From positions 235,929,549-235,993,548 of the forward strand of contig NC_058135.1 of the NCBI RefSeq assembly GCF_016433145.1: a stretch of DNA of 64,000 bases, written 5' to 3'. The notes under the pieces were generated by a model, which worked only from the letters and a program-made list of their open reading frames with translations, was not told where the DNA came from and did not search any database. The stretch is from Gracilinanus agilis. Lineage: Eukaryota. Below, in pieces: positions 1 through 10,842 of this stretch (within the stretch, counting starts at the first letter, position 1; every line of letters starts with the position of its first letter). The translations under genes and the position numbers were made by a program.

Positions 1-1334
1 TAGTTTGGCTCGTCTTTGGACCTGATTTTATGGGAGTGTAGCCACTGCACATGCTACAGCTTCTTGGAACTGCAGGTAGACAACAAAGGTGGATGAGCAG
101 CCCTGAAAAAGGTTCTGCAGGTTCTCACACTAGAGATGCTAGTCCTCCCTGCATACCCCCCCCACCCTTGGGATTCCTGGTTAAGGAAACTCACTTTAAT
201 AATGCAATTTATAATCTTAAAGAGTTGTCTAGGGCACTGAAAGTCATTTTCCAAGGTTCACACAGCCAGTATGTGTTAGAGACAGGATTCTGATGAGGGA
301 GAAACACACCCAAGTTTGTAGCAGGGTCTTGCCCCAAGAATGGGAGACTCAAACTCCATTCAATCCAGAAGAAAGAAAATAATTTAATTTAAAGAAGAAG
401 AGGTTTAAGGTAGCATAATAGCCTAATAGCTAGTGGAATAGTCTGGGGGCTAATCAGGTATCTTTAGGACTGGTGGATAAGCCCATGGGCTGGTCAAGTA
501 GCCTCTCTAGAGCTGATGGAACAGCAGCTCTCCAGATGTGGAGTGGCAGCCCCAGGTGTGGAGCAGCAGTTCCAAGTGTGGAGCAGCGGCTTCGGTTGGA
601 GAGTAGCAGCTTCGGCCCTCCCTGGATCAGGGTTGGCATATTGATTAGGGCCTGGGGGCTAGTCATCTCCCATTCCAGAGAAATCTTCACTTCTCTCGAA
701 AACCCTAGAAAATGGGCATGGCCAAATTCTGGTGGAAGTGTGTTTTGGGATTTGGCATGTATGTCATAGGGAATAAGGAGCATACACCGGCTTGGGAGAT
801 CCTTCTGGAATGCCAGGGTTTAGTGCTTATATCCATGTTCCCCCTTTGTCCACCTTGTCATCATTTGTCAATCGCTGCCCTTCTGAAATGGGAATATGTG
901 GGGTGGGGGAATGAGGTACATGGAGGACCACTATTGGTAATTATGTCTTCCAGTTCTAAGAACAACATGAGTAATTAATAAAAACAGATTAGGCACAAAA
1001 TTGGTGCCCAGTATAGAACGTTAAAGTTTCAATACAGGTGATTGATGTTCAATGGGTAAGTGATCAGTCTTCAATTTATGCTTGACTCATGTGGAAACTA
1101 CAGGTTTTGCAGTTGATGTTTAACTAGTACTAACTGGTGAGGAATTACAAGATTTCAGAGTATGAGGGTTCTGTTCCAATTGCCATCCCTCACTGCCCGA
1201 TGTCAGCCCCCATCAATTCCAAGTCTTTTTAGCTTCAAAGACACTGCTCTACCTACTACTCCAAGCTGCCTCTCACTTCGGATTATACTAGGACTTAAAA
1301 AATCAACTTCAGGAATACAAGATGCAAGTAATAG

Positions 1335-1970
1335 TTAAGCTGAAAAGGATCTGGGGGTCTCAATGGATTACATGCTTAACACAAATTAATAGTGTGATAA
1401 AACAACCAAAAATGATAATGGTATGTTAGGTTTCCTTAAGGGAGGCTTAGGGTCCAGAATTAGAGATGTGGCATTCTCGTTGTACTTTGTCCCTTGTCAG
1501 ATTGAATCTAGAGTGTTTAGATCTGGGAACCTCACATTAGGAGGGACATTGTTAAACTAGAAGAACAGAGGAGGACAGAGAAGGACCTAGAAATAATACT
1601 ATATGAAAATTAGTTGAAGGAATTGGGAATGTTTATCTTGGAAAAAAGAAGAGTTGGAGTGGCGGGATAATTTTTATCATCTAGTATTTGAAGGATAGTT
1701 GTGTAGAAGATGGATTAGATTTATTATGTTTGGACCTGGTGGGTACAACAAAGAATAAAAGGTTAACAAAGGTAAACCGAGGCCTGATAGAAGGAAAAAC
1801 TTAATAATCAGAGCTAACCAAGGATAGAATTGGCTGCCTTCCTCGAGAGATGGTTTTCCTTCCTTCAAGGTCTTCAAGGAAGGAGTGGAGGACCACTTTG
1901 GGGTATGTTTAGGAATGGAGGGACAGTTCTTGTTCATGTGCAGGTTGGAATATAGATGGGCTCTTCCAGT
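1335..1970 (+). mobile_element. L3/CR1 LINE 3' fragment, degraded
   Basis: Blocks such as aaaaggatctgggggtctc, ttgaaggaattgggaatgttt and tcaaggtcttcaag follow the remembered L3 3' consensus order. Boundaries approximate. Confidence 0.8.
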
Positions 1971-2844
1971 TCTTGGATTTGGTAATTTTTGCGAATCAAG
2001 GCACCTCAGCTCTCTGCCAATGAAACAGCCAGTGATCTATTTCCCAAGTTTCTTTTTCTTGAAGCCAAGACTTTTCCCTCCTTTAGATTTAATTTATGCC
2101 TTGTCTGTGATTTCTGTTCCTTTTCTTTAAGGAAATCTTAGGGTGAAAATCTCTCAGAGTTCCTAGACACACGTGTTATCAGAGATTTAGAATTAGTTCT
2201 CAAAATTGAATTAATTTCTCCCTTTTCCCCTGATGTTCTTTTCCTTCCAAGGAGTCAGAGAAATAGTATATTGGGGAAAGCATTGGTTTGCGAGTCAAGA
2301 GCTTTCTTTGAGCCTCCTTTTTGGTAAAATGGAGATAATAATCCTCCCCCCCCCCCTTTTTAAAGAGGCTTGGTCTTTCTATTTCACCTATGATGAAAAT
2401 TCATTGGCCATTCATGGGTCTAGTCCCAATATTGATCAGCAAAGAAACCTCAATTGCCTCCATTTTTCTGATCTGAGCCAGACCACTCCTCCTTAAGCAG
2501 CCTGAAGGTCCTCATTGGTGCCTCTATTGGTGTTAGCCCCCCATTCAGCTCAAAACTCCTGGATTCAAGCTGCCCACCAGCCTCACCCCTGCAGCAATAA
2601 TAACAACTTTCACTGCTTCGCTTAGAGATGACAGAATCAAAATTTTATATTATAAGGGTACTTTTGGTGGTCATCCAGGCCAATGCCCTCATTTTATAGA
2701 TGAGGAACCTGAGGTCAGAGAGGTTAAAAGACTTATTCAATGTTACCCAGACAGAAGTGACAGAATCAGGTTTGAATCCAGGGCCCTGCCTCAACAAAGA
2801 ATAAAAGTTCTCAAAGGGCTTTTTGGAGGAAATCTTGCAGCAGA

Positions 2845-2935
2845 TTTTTTTTTTTAACCCTTAATCAATACTGTGTATTGGTTCCAAAGCAGAAGAGCAG
2901 TAAGGGCTAGGCAATGGGGGCTTAATGACCAGACA
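2845..2935 (-). mobile_element. SINE1_Mdo-like SINE, 3' part
   Basis: T-run then aacccttaatcaatactgtgtattggttccaaagcagaagagcagtaagggctaggcaatgg, the reverse complement of the SINE tail. Confidence 0.75.
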
Positions 2936-4099
2936 CTCAGAAAATCAAAAGGGATTCTAATAGTGGGTCAGTTCCAAGCAATGGGCCAAGGGAACAACTG
3001 GGCAAGTTTGGGGGGATATCTTCCAGATTAGGCCAGGGTAAGAGCTGAGAAAGAGCAATTGTTTGTACTGGAAAGCATCATAGAATATCCCTCCTACTTG
3101 AGAGAGCAGCTAATCCAACCCCCTCATTTTACAATGACTCAGGGAATGCAAATTACTACCCCAACGTCACTGAGCATTAGTGGAAGGGCTGGGCTTTGAA
3201 CCCAGATCTCTATAGTAAGTCGGAGAGAAAAGGATGGATGCAGGAATTAGGGCACCAGGAGGAGGACAAAAAGTCCAGGGGATAGGTACCTAGGGTAGTA
3301 CCACCATTAGCATCTTCCGGGGTGCTTCCACCCCTACTCCTGGTGTCTTGTCATCCCTCTTCTCTGAAATTTCAGCAGTGCCGAAATGGGGCTTTAATCC
3401 TTGTGGCAAGGGATGGCTAACTAGGGAGGGCAAGGGAGAGGGCTCATATCGGGAAACGAAATGTTAAAACAAGAGGCGCCAATACAATGGAAAGAAACCA
3501 ATGGGGACAAATAAATTAGAGCCGACTACGCGGCATTTTCCTTATTCGCACTGACACCCCCACCCCCAATAATCCAGAGAGGTAGATGCTCTCATCACCC
3601 TCCACCGCCACCACCATTTTATGAATGAAGAAGGAGTCTCAGAGATTGGTTTGTCCGAGGTCCCACAGCAGGATTCGAATCCATTATTTTTCCGAATTCT
3701 AAATACTGAATCTGGCTTCACTACACCAGCTGCCTTCTCTATAAAAATAAAGAGAGCCCCTGGGGTCAGAAGAGGTTGCCTCTGCAATTAGGGTTCCCAG
3801 TGGAGCACCCCTCTCCCCCGCCGACCGACACATAGGCCCCCTGCCCCAAGGCTCTGTTCCCCGGGTCACCTACCTGTCCGCCCCGCGCCGGCCAGCCATT
3901 GGCTGAGCATAGAGAAGCTGGGGTAATCCTCCCCCTGTGAAGTAAATGGTACAGCCCGCAGCCCCGGGGTGGGGGTGGGGGCAGCTAGAGCCCCGAGGGG
4001 GAGGGGGGAGGGGGCGCCTTTATCCCGGGCTGCGCTCACTCAAGCCCAGCCGACCTGCCACCCTGGGTAGCGCGGGGACCGAAGGGACGCATGGCGGGA

Positions 4100-4227
4100 G
4101 CCCATGGGCTGGGAATGGAGGGAGGAAGCGACTGTGGCGGCAGCGGCGGTGGCGGCGGCGGCGGCGGCGTCGGGGTCGGCCGGAGCAGCAACCGGACTCT
4201 GTCCTATAGCCGCTGGAGTTATGACAG
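4100..4227 (+). other. Candidate first exon of an unidentified + strand gene (start position approximate)
   Basis: GGC-rich leader ending ttATGACAG|GTAGTG (GT at 4228-4229). The donor is only moderate; an alternative TAG|GTGGGT lies near 4675. Confidence 0.4.
4136..4168 (+). repeat. Interrupted (GGC)n trinucleotide repeat, 11 triplets
   Basis: ggc ggc agc ggc ggt then ggc x6, read directly. Confidence 0.95.
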
Positions 4228-5869
4228 GTAGTGGCGGTCCTACCCTGGGGTTGGGGCGGGGGACGCCTCGGCCGGAACAGGGGAGCGCTGGAGGCGCGGG
4301 GCTCAGGGGCGCGCGAAGGACTGCCGGAGCCCAAGTCCGGCCAGCTGTCGGGGCAGCCTGTGCCAGAGCGGCCACGCCCCCGAAGCCTGGCCTTGGCGGC
4401 CCCGGACGCTTTCACGAGCTTCGGGCGTGGGACGGATCTAGAGGCTCAGAGCGTGTCTTAGAGGGGATACCCCTTGGGGCTGTTTGGGGAGGCCTTTGGA
4501 GCTCGGCCTCGGGCGCCCGAGGGTACCTGTTGTGGCCGCTTTGGGAGCCATCAGACCTAGGAAGGGCCGGATCTCTCCCTCCTTCTTGCTTTGGACCCCT
4601 CCTTTGCCCTTCCTAGTTTTACTGCTCTTAGAGGTCATGCCGCTGCCCTCGCTCCTCCTCTAGCCCAACACCTAGGTGGGTTTACTAGTTTCTTTCTCTC
4701 CAGCCTCACCCTAATTGGCATAGAAACCCCTCCCCACACAAAGCTTAGACTTTGATAAAAAGCTCTTCCCGGAGGTCAGGTTGCTTGTTGAGTTAGACTG
4801 CTGGGTGCATGCCCTTGTTGGGCGCGGGCAGTAAAACCCATCCACCGAGCCACGTCTGAAGTTCTTCTTAGCTGATTTTGGAAGGGACTCCGGGGTGGAG
4901 TGGGGGAAGGGTGCGCCTTCCTTTCCCAAGTCTTCTGTGGTGCCTTTTTTTGTGTGTTGCTTTTTGTTTTCTGTGTGATGATTCCCCAAGGCCAGATGGG
5001 ATTGGGAAGACTTGGGTCTCTGGAGAAGCTGATGAAGACTCTTCATTTTGTGCAGAATGTAACTGTGTGTTTCCATTTGGAAGCTTCCACCTCCCCCAGG
5101 ACTGAGAACCTCAATCACTGTGGGTGGCTTAAAGGGCCAGGCTGCCCTATAACAGATTAAGGAGGGGAGGGGATAAATCGGTGGCTGGATCACTGAAGGG
5201 GAGACGGAGAAGAAGCGCTCAGGGTGGGATTAGGCAGAGGCATATTACCACAAAGAACTGAGAACCAAGAATAATTCAAGGATTCCTTCAAAGTTTTCTG
5301 TACGGGGAGAATAGGAAGTATGAGTGAAGGAGAGCAAGGAGTAACAGATGATTGGCCCATGTGTTTCCTCAATACCCCTTTGATGTTGAGATATATAAAG
5401 GAAGCCCGGAAGTGCCTGGGTGGGACCCTCTGAGGAGAATTTATAGGTGAGTGGGCACAAGAGTACCACTATATGAGAGGGAGTAAATGGGTTCTGATTT
5501 GCCCTGTTGGAGCGATGTGAGTTGATCTTCCTGAGATCAACCAGACAAGCCCTTTATTTTCCCCTCAGAGAAGTAAAGTGAGCCCCCAAAGTTATATCAG
5601 GAGTAAGTGCCAGACTGGCTAACTCAAATCCGGAGCAATTTGATTAATCAGAAGGGATATCACAGAGGGGATGGGATCAGGCCAGGGGCTAGACAGAGAG
5701 TGTTCCACTCCTCACTCTACAGTTCCAGTGACTAGCAAAGGTCCCAGAATTGAATAGGAACTCAGGGAATTTTTGGTGTAGTGCTAGGCTTGAATTCAGA
5801 AAATCTATGTGCCAGGTCTGGTTCTGCTGACCACCAAATGACCCTGGACAAGTCACATAGTCAACCACC

Positions 5870-6300
5870 AAGCATTTATTAAATAGCACGTCTAATAAAC
5901 ATCATTTATTCACTAGGCACTGTGCAGCTAAACATCAGAGATAACAAAGGCAAAAGGCAGTGCCTGCTCTCAAGGAGCTCAACTTGGTAAAGAGCTATGA
6001 ACAAATAAATAGATACAGGATAAAATTAGAGACAGTAAACAGAGTGAAGGCACCAGCATCCAGGAAGATCAGGAAAGGCTTCCTTGCAGAAGGTGGAGTT
6101 TTGGGTAAGGGGATGAGGAGAGAGAATATTTCAAGAATTGGAGACAGTCGATGATAATGCATAATTGGGAGATGGAGTGTCCTTTGTTCAAGGAACATAG
6201 ATCTCGGCCAGTGTCACTAGATTGAAGAGTATATGGAGGAAAGTAAGGTAAAAGAGGACTAGAAAGGTTAGAAGGGGCAGGTGATGAAAGGTGTCCTTAG
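5870..6300 (-). mobile_element. L2 LINE 3' fragment
   Basis: aagcatttatt...ggcactgtgc...cctgctctcaaggagctca, the typical antisense L2 end. Confidence 0.75.
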
Positions 6301-6319
6301 CAGAGCCTTTCAGAAGCAG

Positions 6320-6510
6320 CAGGGTCAAGAAGAGCTGAGTTCAAACTCAGCCTCAGACATTAATTTATTAGCTGTGTGACCTTGGGGAAGACCTGACTGC
6401 CTTGGTTTCCTCGATTGTAAAATAGAGATAACAACAACCATCTCACTGGGTAGTTGTGATGATCAAATGAGGTAACATCCAAAAGTGCTTAAAGTGCTAT
6501 GTATTATTAC
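6320..6510 (+). mobile_element. MIR (CORE-SINE)
   Basis: gagttcaaa...tagctgtgtgaccttggg...gtttcctc..tgtaaaat CORE motifs. Confidence 0.8.
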
Positions 6511-6547
6511 TAAATGCAAAGCATTGTGCTAAATTCTGGAGACTTAA

Positions 6548-6682
6548 AATTTTTTTTTAATTAAATTAATTAATTTAGAATCTTTTCCATGGTTACAAGA
6601 TTCATGTTCTTTCCCTGCCCTCCCCCACCCCCTCCTGTAGCCAACACGAAATTCTGCTGGGTTTTACATGTGTCATTGATCA
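6548..6682 (-). mobile_element. Marsupial L1 3' terminal fragment
   Basis: Reverse complement of ...tgatcaatgacacatgtaaaaccc...gggaaagaacatgaatcttgtaaccatgg...aattaattaaaaa. Similar + copies at about 10145-10265, 55615-55745 and 56815-56945. Confidence 0.65.
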
Positions 6683-7387
6683 GTTCTGGAGATTTAAATT
6701 GGGGGGAGGAAGAAAGGGAGCTGTCTCTGCTCCCCAAAAGTCAGCTTCCTGAGGAGGGGAGGGGAGTGGGGAGAAGAGAGATACTGTACACTATAAGTAA
6801 ATACAGAGTCTGTACAGAAATGGCACAAATTAATTTAAAGTGTGAAAAGAACTTTAACTACTTGGGGGGGTGGGTGGGACTAAAAAAAGCTTTGTGTAGG
6901 AAATAGCATCTGAATTATCTTGAAGGAGGTTAGAGATATCAAGATTTCAAGTTACTTTCCCTCCCTGGTCCAGAGTTTCCTGTAAAAATGAAAGGGTTGA
7001 ATGAGATGACCACTGAGGTTTCTTCCACCCGAGGAGGAATTGATTTCTGGAGGATGCATTCACAAGGAGGCAATTTAGATATCTAGTGAAAGCAAACTGG
7101 GCTGTTTCTTAAGAAAAGCAGATATTTTGTAGCCTATGAGACCTTCACATTGAATAGAACTATTCAGTTCTATTTTGGAGGCAGGAGATAAAGAGGTTCC
7201 TAGGAGTGGAAAGAGTTCTGGATACCTTTAAAAGCTCAGGGTTCCTGTGCTCTGCTATAACACTTTAGGTACTTGCCTTCCCCTCCTCAGGACTCAGTTT
7301 TCCCATCTCTAAAATGATAAGATTAGGTCTTTCTTTGTATGCTTAGCTCATTGCTTAGGACTGTGCCTACCACATAGCTGGTAGGAT

Positions 7388-7570
7388 TTTTTTTTAAACT
7401 CTTACCTTATATCTTAGAATTTATACTAAATATTTGTTACAAGGATGAAGAACAACAAAGACTAGGCAAGTGGGGTTAAGTGACTTGCCTAGGGTCACAC
7501 AGACACTTAGTATCGGAGGCCACATTTGAACCCAAGACCCATTTCCAGTCCTGACTCTATTCATGGAGCC
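7388..7570 (-). mobile_element. SINE1_Mdo-like SINE
   Basis: T-run, then ggggttaagtgacttgcctagggtcacacag...gaggccacatttgaaccc. Confidence 0.8.
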
Positions 7571-8114
7571 ACTTAGCTTGTTGCCTGATTGTTCATGGTC
7601 TTGTCCTGGTCTAATTTGCTAAGATTCTGTGGTGTGGAATAGTCACCAAAGGCTTCTTGGGGGAGGTGAGACAACTGGAAGGGCGGGTGAGATTTGGGTG
7701 GGATTTTAGTTGAGCAAAGGTGTGGAGGCATGAATAGACAGGCATGGTAGGAATAACTAAGTCATGGTGAGGTGACCAGTTTGATCCGACTGGAGCCCTG
7801 GACCTGGAATCGGAAAACAGGGGTTCAAGTCCTGCTTCTGATATTTAACAATGAGTTTCACTTAACAACATGCATAACCTAGAGGAGGATCCTTCCCCTT
7901 CTCTGGGCCTCAGTTTCCCCACTGTAACATGAGAGATTTAACACTAAGTTAAGTCCCAGATAGATCCATTGGAGCTCTGCCGCCATATAAATCTTTGAGT
8001 TTGGGTGAAATTTATGTCCATTTGATTCTTTTATTTGTGTATTTGTGCTTTTGATTCTTTGGACAGCGGTTCCCATTAGAGTCTTTTGGACTAGCTTGAT
8101 GAAGGGGGGGAAAA

Positions 8115-8345
8115 AAGCTGAGAAAACATCCTTCTCCCCTTCTCTGCAGAGGTCGAGGTGTGAGGGGAAGCTATGAGTGGGGAACACTGTATAAATCTGG
8201 CAGACACGCTAGACATATTGACTGGTTTTTCAGAATGACTTTTTTTCTCCCTTTGAAAACCTTTCTGACAAGAGGGAGGGGAAGGAGAAGAAATCACCTC
8301 AGAAATGGAGGTGATTTAAAAGCAAAAGCTATCAATAAAAATCAG
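8115..8345 (+). mobile_element. L1 3' tip (old)
   Basis: tctgcagagg...tatgagtggggaacactg...aaaagctatcaataaaa resembles the remembered marsupial L1 3' end with its polyA signal. Confidence 0.55.
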
Positions 8346-8884
8346 ATTAAAAAGCAAACAAAAAAGCATATTGTGAACAATATTTCCTCGGGCTGTGGTC
8401 CTACCCTGCAGCCTAAATCAATGTAGATCCTTTCTCAATGCCGACTATCTTCTGCTAATTTGGTATTGATTTTCACCTTTGCTCCAACAAGTCGATGGGC
8501 TGACTGTTCACAGACAGCAGATTCAGAAACAACTCCCTCCCTCGTCCATAACTGGTCATTTCCAAGCTGTTAAAATATAGTCAATTTCTTTGTTTTTTTT
8601 TTCACCCCCACACTGTTATTTGGTGCTCTCCATGCCCAGTGTCTTGCAATTTTCTTCTTAAATATGAGGTTTATATAATAGAAATGTCATACCTATTCAG
8701 TGTCCACAAGCCTTTAGCCTTGTCCATTTTTTGATCCCAAGCCCCATTTTCCATCACTGCTCACCAAACTACTGCATCTCTCGAGCCTAGCTAGGCTAGT
8801 CTTCTAGCCAAGATGAATTATTTGGCCATGACAACCCTTGATACAAAGAAAACCCACTATCCTGCTCTATGCTCACTGAACATT

Positions 8885-9882
8885 AAAGTGTATCCTGGAG
8901 GACAGTTAGACCTAGAGATGGGAGGTCCTGGGTTCAAAACTGAACTCTAACCCCCCCTTTTTTTTTAAAAGAGAAATTCCATTTATTTTCTTATTTTGTT
9001 GCAAATTGGTATGTTTATTATTTTTTACCTATTACATGTTAATTTAATGTTAAATTTCCACATTAGTTTTCCCAAGTTATTTGATTAAACTTGTCCCTCT
9101 TCCTTCCTTCTCTTCCCCCCTCCAGATGATTCGATCCAGATTATGTTCATTTTTGTAAGTGAATAATCTTATAAAGCCCAAACCCCAAGACATAAACCCA
9201 AATAAACAAGTGAAAAAGTGCATGCTTTCATCTGCATTTTGACTCCAACAGTTCTTTCTCTGGACGTGGATAAAATTATTTTATATAAATCCCTCAGAAT
9301 TGTCCTGGATCATTGCATTGCTGAGAGTAGCAAAGTCTATCACATTTGATCATTCCATGATATTGTGCTTACTGTACATAATGTTCTCCTTGTTCTGCTT
9401 ATTTTACTCTGCATCAGTTCATGTAGGTCTTTCCAGCTTTTTCTATAATCATCTTGCTCATCACTTTTTATAGCATAAGAGTATTCTATCGCTATCATAT
9501 ACCACAATTTGTTCAGTCATTCCTCAAATGATGGACAGCCCTTTAATTTCCAATTCTTTGCCACCACAAAAAGAGCTGAGTAAACATCCCCCTCCCTTTC
9601 TCTGCAGAGGTCGAGGTAAGAGGGGAAGTTATGAGTGGGGAACACTGTATAACTATTTGGCAGACATGATAGGCATATTGACTGGTTTTCGGTATATTGA
9701 CAAAAAGAGCAACTATAAATATTTTTAACAAGTAGGTCCTTTCCCACTGAACTCCAGCACTTCTAATTGTGTGACCCAGGGTAAGTCACTTAACCCTCAT
9801 TGCCTAGCTCTTACTATTCTTCTGTCTTGGAACTAATACACAGTATTGATTAAAAGACAGAAGTTAAGGGTTTAAAAAAAAA
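8885..9882 (+). mobile_element. SINE1_Mdo-like SINE split by an L1 insertion
   Basis: Head (ctagagatgggaggtcctgggttcaaa) at about 8900-8947; tail (tgtgtgacccagggtaagtcactt...gttaagggtttaaaaaaaaa) at 9755-9882. Confidence 0.75.
8948..9745 (-). mobile_element. L1 3' fragment with 9-bp target-site duplication ACTGAACTC
   Basis: Antisense L1 3' motifs (ttgtcctggatcattgcattgctgag; caatttgttcagtcattcc). ACTGAACTC at 8939-8947 and 9746-9754. Confidence 0.8.
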
Positions 9883-10443
9883 GTATGTGGAGGTGACATG
9901 AGCCCTGGACTTTCAGTCAGGGGACTCGGGTTTGAGTTCTGGCTCTGCCACTAAGTTCCTTTTTGACTTTGGAGTCAGGAAGTCCTGAATTCAAATCCAG
10001 CCTAAGACACTTAAAAGCTGGGTGATCCTGGACAAGTCACTTACATCTCAATCTACTTCAGTTATCCTCATCTGTGAAATGGGGATAATATTAACACTTA
10101 CCTCTTAGAGTTTTTATGAGAATCAAATTAGAAAATATTTGTAGATGATACATGTAAAACCCAGTGGAATTACTCCTTGTCTATGGGAGTGGGGAGGGAA
10201 GAGGGGAGGGAAAGTACATGAGTCATGTAAAAAAAATTCTAAATTAATTAAATAAAGAAAAAAGAAAATATTTGTAGAGTTTTGCAAATCTTAAAGATAG
10301 ATATGCATATATGTGTTTATATAATATATGTAAATTCTTAATGCTTATAATTATTAGTCATTATTTTGCTTTTCTTTGTCTCCATTTCATCATCTGCAAA
10401 ATTGATGGTTTGAATAATCTCTTCTAACTCTAAATCTGTAATC

Positions 10444-10633
10444 CAGTGATTCCTAAAATGGGTGCTACCTGGTGGTTGCTGCAGCTATCCAGGGAAGTGG
10501 TGATGGCCACACGTTTTTTTGTATTACATTCTATTCTGAGTTCAATAAATAGTTTCATAATTTCCAGGGGGGCTCTAAGTAATATTTTTTCTGGAAAGGG
10601 GGCGGTAGGCCAAAAAAAGTTTGGGAACCGCTG
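10444..10633 (+). mobile_element. Non-autonomous hAT DNA transposon (MITE), OposCharlie1-like
   Basis: Ends CAGTGATTCCTAAAAT and AGTTTGGGAACCGCTG are imperfect inverted repeats. TGTAATC flanks both sides (10437-10443, 10634-10640). 190 bp. Family name from memory. Confidence 0.75.
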
Positions 10634-10655
10634 TGTAATCAAAAGTATGTGTTGA

Positions 10656-10842
10656 GGGGGCAGCTGGGTAGCTCAGTGGAGTGAGAGTCAGGCCTAGAGA
10701 CGGGAGGTCCTAGGTTCAAACCCGGCCTCAGCCACTTCCCAGCTGTGTGACCCTGGGCAAGTCACTTGACCCCCCATTGCCCACCCTTACCAATCTTCCA
10801 CCTATGAGACAATACACCGAAGTACAAGGGTTAAAAAAAAAA
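10656..10842 (+). mobile_element. Young full-length SINE1_Mdo-like SINE with 15-bp TSD
   Basis: GGGGCAGCTGGGTAGCTCAGTGG tRNA-like head, CORE and A14 tail. TSD AAAAGTATGTGTTGA at 10641-10655 and 10843-10857. Confidence 0.95.

Larger units (their letters stand above)
3800..4560. promoter_or_regulatory. CpG island / probable (possibly bidirectional) promoter
   Basis: Only long GC- and CpG-dense stretch in a CpG-depleted window. GC box tccgcccc at 3877-3884, inverted CCAAT (ATTGG) at 3898-3902, G-tracts at 3966-4014, GGC repeat at 4136-4168. Confidence 0.85.

Noticed and set aside
1-160. WECSHCT (RanBP2 zinc-finger-like) in one + frame, and a possible minus-strand exon CENLQNLFQG...
   Set aside because: The second Cys pair and Asn of the motif are missing, a stop follows shortly, and there is no supporting exon structure.
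2385-2480. C/D-box snoRNA-like ATGATGA...CTGA
   Set aside because: No convincing terminal stem and no recognisable rRNA or snRNA guide.
4200-4235. AAGVMTGS resembling LIMS1/LIMS2 (PINCH) N-termini
   Set aside because: As I recall, LIMS first exons end in phase 2 after ATG ACN GGN AG. Here AG is followed by TG, not GT, and no LIM-domain exon occurs in the window, so no symbol is assigned.
10656-10730. tRNA-like GGGGCAGCTGGGTAGCTCAGTGG heads as tRNA genes
   Set aside because: They continue into CORE and SINE tails with TSDs; they are SINEs.
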